Source of the DNA: an uncultured Bacteroides sp.
GTDB taxonomy: Bacteria > Bacteroidota > Bacteroidia > Bacteroidales > GCA-2748055
Length of the DNA stretch: 64,000 nt
Assembly: GCA_964467775.1 (NCBI GenBank)
Contig: CAYXUD010000117.1
Coordinates: forward strand, 6,873-70,872
Direction of reading: 5' to 3'
Shown here: positions 36,221 through 45,600 of the stretch, one piece after another
Position numbering within the stretch: the first letter of the stretch is position 1
How the letters are laid out: every line of letters begins with the position of its first letter
Translations under genes and position numbers: made by a program
The notes under the pieces: model-generated
The model's database searches: none
Told to the model about the DNA's origin: nothing
What the model saw: only the letters and a program-made list of their open reading frames with translations

Positions 36221-38155
36221 TCACTCGTTCCACAGGTCGGGAATGGCATGGTGCCCGCGTGCCCTGGCAGGGGCCTGTTCCACGGGGGGAAGGGTACCGG
36301 AATGTATCCCGAAGAGCCGCCTGGCCGTTTCCGAAACAGCTTTCACCAGGCAGGGATAGGGCCTGTCGGTCACATCCACCATCCCGCAGTTGTAGTTCTC
36401 CCCGTCATTGCGGCCGGTCAGGTCCTGGTCACACCACTGGAAATAGGCGGTCCCGATCAGTCCCGGGTGTGCATAGGCCTTTTCCGTATAGTAACGGTAG
36501 GCCACCCCCCGTTCATCCTGGGAGTCCACCTGCCACAGGGACTGTGCCATGCCGCGGTCCACCGTACCGAAATGGTACTCCCCGATGTACATGGGTTTGC
36601 CGGTCACCTTCATGCACCGGTCCAGCATTTCCTCCCGGGGAACCAGGTCAAAGCAATTGAAGCTGAACACGTCAAAGACATCCCTGCACATCTCCAGGAT
36701 CTCGTTTTCCGGCACACTGCCGAAACGGATACCCAGGGTGAGATGGTTGGGGTCGTGCCGCTCCAGCGCCCGGTCGACGGTCTCAATGAAGATCCGGAAC
36801 GTGTGGTGAATGAATTGCACCCTGCTTTCAGGGGTGTCACCCCCGGCCAGGTGTTCCGCCAGGGCACTTCTTATGGGACGTTCCTCTCCGGCAAGGATCA
36901 GTTCGCAGAGCCTCGGCTCCCGTCCCAGGAAGGAGGGCTCGTTAAAGGTGAAATAGCCCAGCAGCCACTGATTGTCGCGGTATGGATCCACGGTGGACCG
37001 GACCGCACTGTCGATACTCCTTTCGAAATCCGGGGCATACACATCGGCAAGGCCCATGAGTCCCTCTTCGATGCCGATGCCCCGCATCTGCAGTATGAAG
37101 GCCTTCCTGTTCAGCTGGTACACATCCCTCCCGGACCAGTTGGCAATGGTATTGAGTCCCCAGCGGTCCATCCGGGTAATGATGTTTTCAATGGACCTGT
37201 CCCTGTAATCGTACCCGTACCGGCGGAAGAGGTTCCATGCACCAAACGAGGCCGAACGGTACCTGCCGGGTCCCTGATCCAGTTCCTCCGGGGGAAGCTC
37301 CTTGTAGAGGTTCCTTCGCTCATCGAGCCTGTTGATGTTCCCCCCGCCTCCCGGTTCCACACAGTTCACCCCGTGGGAAAGGAAAAGATAGCCCTCGGGG
37401 TCCACAAACCACCAGCGGCCGTCGATCTGCTCCGTCCTGAAGAAACCGGTGCCCTCATCCACCCGGGCATCGAGATAGCCTCCGAATTTTGAATAGCTGT
37501 ATGGCTCCGTGTCCACCGGCTGATGATCCTCGGCCTCCCACTTCTGCTGAAGCTCTTCGATCGTATGGATCTTTCCTTCCCACTCCCCCAGGTTAAACTG
37601 CCCGAATTCATCCACAACCGGGACTTTGCCGAGGTACAAATCACCCGGGTCCTCTTTGGCCAGGGTGACGGATCGAAGTTTCATGACCGGATTCCCGATG
37701 GGTGCCTGCATCCTGATGCCAATGGAATCCACTCCCTTCAGCGGGGAGCGCTGGCCGGTCAGGTTGATCCACCCTGTATACCTGGGCTGGTTGAAGGTGG
37801 CTGCCAGGTCGCTCCGGGCAGCAGGAGGCTCCCTGTAGAACCTCAGCGGGATGGCGAGCCGGTTCCAGCCGTTGGGGGTGTAATTCATGACCCGCAGTTC
37901 ATTATAACCGGCTCTTGTGGTAAAACCCACCTGGAACCGCTGGGGCGTGGTGATCATGAACTCCAGGACCACATACTCAAAATCATCCCAGTCAGCCGGC
38001 AGCCCTGGGGAGATATCCTCCAGCGCGAATTTCATCCCCGACACCTCCTTTTTACTGTCGAAATGGATGGTGACATATTGATGACTGCATGAAACAGCAA
38101 CGGACAAAATAAGGAGAACAGATCCCCGGAAAATCTTTAAATGGAAATTTCTCAT
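36221..38155 (-). CDS. Putative glycoside hydrolase: N-terminal CBM-like beta-sandwich plus a clan GH-A-like TIM barrel (family unassigned)
   Basis: 644 aa with a signal peptide. DGRWWFVDPEGYLFLSHGVNCV entry motif. A candidate acid/base in GYFTFNEPSF and a candidate nucleophile in PMYIGEYHFG. The family cannot be assigned by eye. Confidence 0.5.
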   Translation of the reverse strand: MRNFHLKIFRGSVLLILSVAVSCSHQYVTIHFDSKKEVSGMKFALEDISPGLPADWDDFEYVVLEFMITTPQRFQVGFTTRAGYNELRVMNYTPNGWNRLAIPLRFYREPPAARSDLAATFNQPRYTGWINLTGQRSPLKGVDSIGIRMQAPIGNPVMKLRSVTLAKEDPGDLYLGKVPVVDEFGQFNLGEWEGKIHTIEELQQKWEAEDHQPVDTEPYSYSKFGGYLDARVDEGTGFFRTEQIDGRWWFVDPEGYLFLSHGVNCVEPGGGGNINRLDERRNLYKELPPEELDQGPGRYRSASFGAWNLFRRYGYDYRDRSIENIITRMDRWGLNTIANWSGRDVYQLNRKAFILQMRGIGIEEGLMGLADVYAPDFERSIDSAVRSTVDPYRDNQWLLGYFTFNEPSFLGREPRLCELILAGEERPIRSALAEHLAGGDTPESRVQFIHHTFRIFIETVDRALERHDPNHLTLGIRFGSVPENEILEMCRDVFDVFSFNCFDLVPREEMLDRCMKVTGKPMYIGEYHFGTVDRGMAQSLWQVDSQDERGVAYRYYTEKAYAHPGLIGTAYFQWCDQDLTGRNDGENYNCGMVDVTDRPYPCLVKAVSETARRLFGIHSGTLPPVEQAPARARGHHAIPDLWNE

Positions 38156-38198
38156 ACCGTCTGTTTTTTGTTGGCAAAAACCGGTTGTTCTGCACCGG

Positions 38199-41100
38199 CT
38201 ATCTGATCCTGATCCCGTACAGTGAACTGTGAGTGGTCACGTAGAGGGTGTTCCTCTCCTTTCCCCCGATGGCCATGGAGATGGGCCGCTCCTCCACCGA
38301 GATCCTCCTGATTTCATGGAATTCCTGATCATACACGAAGATCTGCCCGTCGGCGATGTAGAGATTGCCATCGGCATCCACGGCAGTGCTGTACTCACCC
38401 CGCGGTGCGATGACCTTCATATTGGAAACGGTTGCATCGGGAGCTACATCCAGCTGCACGGTGGTCTTGTTGATCTCTTTGGCTACATAGAGCGGCCGGC
38501 CCGGGAAGGCATCCGATAGCTGGGCACACCTCCCCAGGTCGTATGTTTCCGGGATCACGGTGACCCCGTCGGGCGCCACGAAACTGTGTTCCGGAACATA
38601 GACCACAGCCTGGTCGAAATCTGACCTCCACCGGCTGGAAGGGTAGATGGCCCTGGCGATGCTCCCGGTCTCACCAGAGGGCACCCTTTCCAGGGGACGG
38701 ATCGTCGCGTCAGGGTCCTCCGGGTCAATGGAATAGGCCCATGCCGCCCACCCGCTGTTTCCCCACCCGCTGTACATGGGATTGTCGTCTGCCAGACGGG
38801 GTACCTTTTCCTGCTCTCCGTTCACCAGGTAGCCCGGCTGGGGATCGTACCTGAAGATCACCAGCAGGTGGTCCTTTGTATCGGTGGCCAGGGTGAAGGG
38901 TTTCCAGGGGTGGTCGGCCAGCATGGTAATGTCGTTATTCCCGGCCGACACTTTATAGATCCGTTTCCGGTCGTGTTCGCAGAAATAGACATTGCCTTTG
39001 CTGTCGCTGGTGAGCCCGGTCCCGAAAATGAACCCGGATGCGATCTTTACCGGTTTCCACGGTTCGGTGACCTCGTTCCGGTCGCCCGTCTCATCACCGG
39101 TGATGGTAAGCAGGGCAAAATCCCAGGGATATGCAGGGAGTTCCCTGTTCATTTCATAGACCGGGAACTCCACCACCTGCAGCTTCTGGGTGTAATTATG
39201 CAGGTTCCTGAACTGGATGTTGCTGCTGTTGGATACCCTTACACCGACAGGTTGCGGCGTGGAAACCCTGATGGTCCGGTACATCCACTGGTTGGCGAAC
39301 ATCAGGTTGCCGGAGTTGGAAATGTCCATCATCAGGCAATCGTCCCCCTCCAGCCCCTCCTCTTCGAACTGGAAGGCATACATCCGCCAGTTGGAAACGT
39401 GAGCAAACCGGGCCTCATTCCGGACATGGTGTTCCAGAGACATGGCGTAGATCCGCCCGGGGGTGGTGGTGTGGCTCACATAGAGGCCGTTGGCCGCATA
39501 GGTGTTCGCTGTCCAGATGTCCTTCAGGATGCCTCCCCCGCCACGGGTCACCCAGAGGCTCCAGTACTGGTTGTCCCATGCCAGGTCCTTGTCCCGTCCA
39601 TATACCGGGTTCTCCGGGGAGCTGATCTCCCTGGCCCACCTGTTCCGTCCGCCCCCCAGGGGGCCGCTTCGCTCCTCCCGATCCTGAACCGGTTTCCGCA
39701 TGGTGCCGTGTCCCCCCACGAATTTGATATCGTTGAGCATGGAGCGTTCCCCGGCCATCCACTTGCAGCCCACCGCGCGGTAATTATAACCCCCCGTACT
39801 GAGGCCGATGCCGTTGATCATGTCATCCCCTCCTTCCGATGATTCGATAAGTGGAACCGGACCACCGAAACCGCTGAAGGCCGGTTCGCTCTCTTTCAGA
39901 AGGAGCTGGGTGCCGAAGGGATGCAGGCCGATCAGCTTTGTTCCCGGTTGCATCTTCAGCGTCTCCGTGATCCGGTACCAGCCCTGCGGGACATAGATGT
40001 TCCGGTGGCTGGTGATGGCCTCCCGGAACACCTTCGTGTCGTCGGTATCGCCGTCCCCTTTGGCCCCCAGCTCCCTGATGTTCACCCAGGTTTCCATCCC
40101 GGGAAGGGAGGGGATCTCCCGCGCCGTGTTTTCCGGGAAGCTTTGCAGGGATTCCAGGTTATTGATGGTCTTGAACCCGGATCCGAATGCAAGGTCCTCC
40201 ATCACCAGCCCATAGGTGAACTCCTTCACCCGGTACATTTTATCCGGGCCTGCCAGGTCGGTCCCGCTCGGCAGGAAATGGACCAGCAAGGGGACCTTTT
40301 TACAATCAATATGGAGCAGGTTCACCTGGCTCATGACGTTGTTTTCCACACTGACCACGATGCCCGCCCGGCTCACATTCTCAAAAAAGCAGTTTTCCAT
40401 GAAGAGCCGGTCCACCCGCTCTTCCTCCATCTCCACGGCCACGGGGAGATCCTTCGCAACCATGTTGACAATGGCCAGTCCCCCTTCGTTGGTGCGGATG
40501 GCCGCCTTTCGCTGACCTTCGAACCAGGTGTCCACGATCATCATGGGCCAGCCGGGGGAGGTCCGGTTGGTCAGGATCCCGTAGTCCCCGCCTATGAATT
40601 TCACATTCTCCATCTCGTTGCCCACATCGAACAGGCCGGCCCTGCCTTTGCCTGCATTGATCACCGAATGGCTGACAAAACTGTGCTGGGCAAAATGGGT
40701 GCGGAGTGCGATGGCATGGGGATTGCCGTCCCGGATGGTGAAGTTGATGTTGGAGATGGCACTGTAGAAGGTCCCTGCCCCGGCATCGCGGGGCTCCTTG
40801 CCTTCCTCCACCAACCCGCCGGTAAACCAGAACATGTAATTGGCCTGGCCCTTGTCCGATTCGACCGCCTCCTGGTACCCGGGCGTGTTTTCCCCCAGAA
40901 TGAATTCCGGGCGTTCTTTGCCGTAGCCGATCAGCCGGATGGCCCCGGGGATATAGATAGTCCTGCTGATCCTGTACTTTCCCCCGGGGATGAACAGGAT
41001 CCCGAAGTTCTTCTCCCTCTTCACCTGGTTGATGGCCGTCTGGATCGCTTCGGATACATCCATCACCCCGTCTGCCCTGATGCCGTAATTCTCAGGGGTG

Positions 41101-41231
41101 AAATAGAAGGCCTCAGGATCTTCCGGCTTGAGCTGGTAAACGGAATTTGTATTTACGGTTGAGGCCCTTACACCGAGCAGGCCTGCGGTGGCCACGATAA
41201 GGAACGATAGGAATCTCTTCAGACAGTTCAT
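38199..41231 (-). CDS. Paralogue of 32633..35653: tandem beta-helix (GH55-like) plus a C-terminal propeller-like region
   Basis: 1010 aa. Colinear with the other paralogue over its full length (for example GILFIPGGKYRISRTIYIPGAIRLIGYG, NIRELGAKGDGDTDDTKVFREAI, SKGNVYFCEHDRKRIYKV, ADGNLYIADGQIFVYD). I estimate roughly 60-65% identity by eye. Confidence 0.65.
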   Translation of the reverse strand: MNCLKRFLSFLIVATAGLLGVRASTVNTNSVYQLKPEDPEAFYFTPENYGIRADGVMDVSEAIQTAINQVKREKNFGILFIPGGKYRISRTIYIPGAIRLIGYGKERPEFILGENTPGYQEAVESDKGQANYMFWFTGGLVEEGKEPRDAGAGTFYSAISNINFTIRDGNPHAIALRTHFAQHSFVSHSVINAGKGRAGLFDVGNEMENVKFIGGDYGILTNRTSPGWPMMIVDTWFEGQRKAAIRTNEGGLAIVNMVAKDLPVAVEMEEERVDRLFMENCFFENVSRAGIVVSVENNVMSQVNLLHIDCKKVPLLVHFLPSGTDLAGPDKMYRVKEFTYGLVMEDLAFGSGFKTINNLESLQSFPENTAREIPSLPGMETWVNIRELGAKGDGDTDDTKVFREAITSHRNIYVPQGWYRITETLKMQPGTKLIGLHPFGTQLLLKESEPAFSGFGGPVPLIESSEGGDDMINGIGLSTGGYNYRAVGCKWMAGERSMLNDIKFVGGHGTMRKPVQDREERSGPLGGGRNRWAREISSPENPVYGRDKDLAWDNQYWSLWVTRGGGGILKDIWTANTYAANGLYVSHTTTPGRIYAMSLEHHVRNEARFAHVSNWRMYAFQFEEEGLEGDDCLMMDISNSGNLMFANQWMYRTIRVSTPQPVGVRVSNSSNIQFRNLHNYTQKLQVVEFPVYEMNRELPAYPWDFALLTITGDETGDRNEVTEPWKPVKIASGFIFGTGLTSDSKGNVYFCEHDRKRIYKVSAGNNDITMLADHPWKPFTLATDTKDHLLVIFRYDPQPGYLVNGEQEKVPRLADDNPMYSGWGNSGWAAWAYSIDPEDPDATIRPLERVPSGETGSIARAIYPSSRWRSDFDQAVVYVPEHSFVAPDGVTVIPETYDLGRCAQLSDAFPGRPLYVAKEINKTTVQLDVAPDATVSNMKVIAPRGEYSTAVDADGNLYIADGQIFVYDQEFHEIRRISVEERPISMAIGGKERNTLYVTTHSSLYGIRIR

Positions 41232-41270
41232 GAGGTTTTCTCCTGGATATTTGGTTTGGGATCGATGATA

Positions 41271-41324
41271 TGGCTATTTAATATGGTATGGCTGTTTAAT
41301 AGGGTATTGCTATTTAACACAGAA
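41271..41324 (-). repeat. Three tandem 18-bp direct repeats in the promoter region of 38199..41231
   Basis: On the plus strand the units are TGGCTATTTAATATGGTA, TGGCTGTTTAATAGGGTA and TTGCTATTTAACACAGAA. On the minus strand the consensus is TAYYMTATTAAAYAGCMA. They lie 40-93 nt upstream of the ATG at 41231, and the last unit overlaps the stop codon of the upstream gene. Confidence 0.85.
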
Positions 41325-42630
41325 CGGGACATTGGCCGTCCCGGTTTTCTGTTTGCCATCGAAAACATAGGAAAAGAGCCTGTATTCGCCCGGTTCCGCC
41401 GGGGTGACAAACCGGAGCTCCCCGTTCTGATCCGACCTGACCTCGAATTCAATGCCTCCCGGTTCTATTTCCCGGGCTCCCCCCTGGCTGCGTTCCACCA
41501 CCTCCTTCATCATTACCCACTGGTATTCCAGGGGATCTCCATCCGGGTCGGATACGAATACCTTCGCAACATATTCTGTGGCGGGCTTCAGGTAAATGTT
41601 ATCCACTGCATGCTGGCCGTTGAGCTTCATGGAGTCCAGCTTTGGCGCCCTGTTTTCGGGATATTCCCCGGTCCAGTACCTGGTCAGTTCATCCACCACC
41701 GCGGTGGCCTCCCCCGATTTGAGGAACATGCCGTACCAGGTGGGGGTCCTTTCCTGTTTCTGCCCCCAAAGGAAGGCGTAGCCCCCCAGGCAGAGGCCGG
41801 TGGGATCCGACACGATTCCCCGCTGGATCCTGTCATACAATCCGGAGGCCTTCTGTGCGCTCGTCTCCTCGATCTCCCTTCCCCATTCGGTGCGGGGCCT
41901 CTCCCAGTGTCCCACCGGACCGAACTCCGTGATTGCAAAAGGCATGGTGATGCCGGTTCCCTGGACTGCCCTGGAGATCCCTCCCAGTCCCCCGTACACC
42001 TGGAAGGAGAGGAAGTCGAGGTTTGGGCAACGTTCGAGGGCCACGCTGATTTGCTCCTTCGTTACCCCTGCAAATGCGGTGGTGACGGGATGGTTGGGAT
42101 CCACCCGGTGGATGGCCTCCACAATATCGTTCAATGCATCATAGACCTTTGGATTCACGGCGACCCCCCCTTTCCGGGCTCAGGTTCAGCTCATTGCCCG
42201 CCACCCAGCAAAGCAGGGCCGGGTGGTCCTTCAATTCCTCCACAGCTGCCATGTTCCTCCTGTACTGCCTGGCTACGGCAGCGGTGTCATTGTAATCGAA
42301 TCCGTGCAGCTCCTGGCCCATGCCCAGCCCCATGGCCACCATCAAGTTGTATTTTTGGGCCGTATCCAGGAGTTGTAACCCGTGCCCCGGACCCCAGGTA
42401 CGGATTGAATTTCCTCCGGCACGCTGCAGCACGGCAAGGTTATCGCTTCCCCCCACGCCTTTCAGATCGAAGCGCACATCATTGATATAAAAACCATATT
42501 TACCGTCCACCGCCTTGATCACCACGTGTGAGGGTGTCTGTGGATCGTGGGTGGTCTGCGCCTGGCCGGTTGTTCCGCACAGCAATGCCACTGCGGCCAG
42601 GAACAGGGATGTTTTCACTGTATTCTTCAT
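41310..42630 (-). pseudogene. Clan GH-A TIM-barrel glycoside hydrolase with a C-terminal Ig-like domain, split by a +1 frameshift in a G7 homopolymer
   Basis: ORFs 42139..42630 (signal peptide ... IRTWG ... WVAGNELNLSPERGG...) and 41310..42158 (NPKVYDALNDIV...FAITEFGP...) are consecutive parts of one enzyme. Removing one G from the run at 42164-42170 (C7 on the plus strand) gives ...NELNLSPERGVAVNPKVYDAL... in a single frame. Confidence 0.8.
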
Positions 42631-42645
42631 TTCTTGGATAGGTAT

Positions 42646-45600
42646 TTAGTAGTCTGACTCAAGCATTTGTTTCGACCAGACATGGGATGGATCCAGGGCC
42701 AGGGCCTTTTCAAACTGGACCCGGGCCTCACCGGTACGGCCCATTCCCAGGTACGCCAGGCCGCTCATATAGAGGTTTCTGGCTTCCCGGGCACTGCTGC
42801 CCGAACCGGCCTCGAAGGAGCGGAAGGCATCGGACCGGCCGATGTGCTGGTTCACCATTTCAAGGAGCGCATTGAACCGCTGGCGGGATTTCTCCGGGTC
42901 CCCCAGTTTCCGGTATGCAAGTCCCTGGTCGTACAGGTATTCCGTTCCTTCCACCACTTCGGCAACCGCTTTCCGGTAATTGTTATCAGCTTCTGCTGGG
43001 TCCCCGGCTGCCTCATGACAGGTCCCCATCAGGTAGTACATCTGGGCACGCCTTTCGCTGCCCCACCTGCCGATGGGGTAATCCAGCGCCGCCTGCATAT
43101 CCCTGATCGCGGCTGCATAATCTCCAGCCCCGCACTCCTGCAAGGATCTTAATATGAAGGTATTGTGATAAATGTCCCTCAGGGTCCGGCTTCCTTCGGA
43201 CTCCACAAACTCATGGGAATTCAGGAGGTCCGCCACTTCATCGTATCGTCCCAGAAATACCAGGAGTTCCATCTCCCTGAGCAGGGTACTTGTCCGCTGT
43301 CCGGCCACCTCGCTGTTCCCTTTATAGACCTTTTCGTACCTCTCTGCAGGCGAAACCCTGTCCGCTTCCAGGGCCATGTCATATTCGTACATGAGCCGCT
43401 GGTCCCGGGGATTGCTGGCAAATGCATCCTCATATAAACGGACCGAAAGGGCCAGGTCATTCTGCTGCTCCCTGGCTGCCAGGGCCAGGTTCCGTTGCAC
43501 AATGTAGAACCGGCTGTCCAGGGACCTTGATTTTTCCCACAGGGCGACCGCCTTTTCGGGTTGCTGTTCATAATAGAGGTCCCCCAGGTAATAGTAGGCC
43601 ATGGCCTCTTCCGGGTTGTACCGGATGGCTGACTGAAGCGCTTCCACCGATTCATCCCTGAATGGAAAGCAGTAGAGGTGGGGCTTTGCATTGGCCAGCG
43701 AAAAGTATTGCTGTGCCTTTCCCACCTCCCCCAGCTGTGACCAGAAGTACCCCAGGTAGTAATAGACCATCGGGAATTCACACTCCTTCTTTTCCAGGCG
43801 GGACAACACATCGATGGCCTCTTCATAGAAACCGCAGTTGGAATAGACAGTCGCAAATTCCAGGTAGGATTGCACCCTTCCCTGCATGATGTTCTCAAGG
43901 TCCGCCAGCGCGGTTTTGGCCAGCCTGTCCCGGCCCGACTGTTTCCTGACCAGACAGAGTTCATTCCTTGCCTGGTAATCCAGCAGGTCCGATTCGATGA
44001 TCTGGCCGGCCAGGCGCTCCGCTTCATCAAGCCTCCCCAGCTTCCTCAGGATCGTCACCCTGAGCCCCAGCGCTCTATTATCATTTACATTGGTTTCCAG
44101 GGAGCGGTCCACATGATCCAGCGCGGTTTCAAAGTCCCCCCTTTCACAATCCATTTCGGCCAGCTGGTGGTAGGATTGTGCATGCCATCCGGCATTCCAG
44201 GTGGCCCTGTAAAAATTGTCATAAGCCGCATCATCCTTGTGCAACCTTCTCCGGGCGATCCCCAGGTAATAGAGCGCTTCGCTATCCTTTGGCCTGGTAT
44301 ACCGCATGGTGATGCGGTCCACCGCGTTCTGCAGGTATTTCTCCGCATCTTCGTACCTCTTTTTCTCCAGGCAGAGGATTCCCATCTGCGTGTTGACCCG
44401 GTAGTCGCCCGGATCGCGCTTCAGGGCCTCCTCGTAATAGGGCAGGGAGGAGAGGGAGGCGTTGTGGAACTGGTCCAGCCGCAGGCCGTGGAGATAGAGC
44501 TCCTCCACCGTTCTTACATCTTCCGGAGCGGGGGGAGAGGAGAGGGGTTCCGGCATGGGCTTGTGCGGGGGCGGTACGGGCCGGTATTCCAGCAGCGGTT
44601 CACCCGATGAACCGGTCAGTGTACAAACCAGTTTCTCTGTTATGACCGGTCCATCCAGTTCCACCTCCATCGTATATGGAAGGGCCGGGCTGATATCGAT
44701 GGTCTCGCTAAACAACTCTTCATCATGACAGGATAATGTAACGGTTGCTTTTTTGAAAAGGCGGGTGGTATTCAGCCTGACAGATATCTTGCCACCGTCT
44801 AAATCCATGTTGAGTGCCGCGTTCACATTAGCCTGCTTCAATCCTCCCAGCAGCCGGATGGGATACCAGGTCATGGTGATCTCCTTCATCTCGTAGGGCT
44901 GGAGCCAGCTGTAATCGGGCTGGTTGTCGGTGTAGGCCCCGGCCATCAGTTCGATGTACCGGCCGCTGGTGTCGGTCAGTCCCTCGTTGATCATCCTGCC
45001 GGCGGCATTGTTCCCGTCGGCCCAGTATTTCATGCCCGTGCATATGTAATGGTTACCCACCCAGGCGGTCCCGGCCTGTTTTCCATGATCGTACCCGCCG
45101 AAAAAATCTTCCTGCGGGTCCCAGGAAAAGAAGGAGGAGGGAACGCCGGTATTCTTCCACATGCTGATATCCATTCCCTTATAATCGAACCGGTTGTATC
45201 GGCGGTCTGCGACGGGCCAGGTGGTCATCTCCGTTTTATGGTGCTGGGTCACATACTCCACCGAGGGGGGGAAGATAACCTGGTAATTGGTATCGGCATG
45301 CACCGAAGGGTTCGCCCAGAAAAGGAAAGAATGGACCGCCGGGGTGGGATTGGCGGGGCGCGCGGTCAGTTCAACAATGGATGAATGGGGGTATACCGTG
45401 AACCCGTAGAAAAGGCGGGTGCGGTGGAACAGTTCGGTGTAGGCCATCCAGACGGTCACGCTTCCGTCCGGTTTTTTCTCGATGGTATAATCCATGGGCG
45501 CAACCGTATTGGCCCCGTGGTGGTGCGGAAATCCCAGGGCGTTTCCCCCCGAGATCCAGAAACCCAGCATCCCGATCATGGAGGGTTCAATGACATCGTT

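Noticed and set aside
36248-42485. Further long antisense ORFs (36248..37492, 37523..38092, 38868..39842, 39921..41162, 41256..42485).
   Set aside because: Where I checked the phase (36248, 37523, 38868, 39921), these ORFs are again codon-aligned with the GC-rich minus-strand genes. Their composition is typical of shadow ORFs, and the sense-strand products carry clear enzyme motifs.
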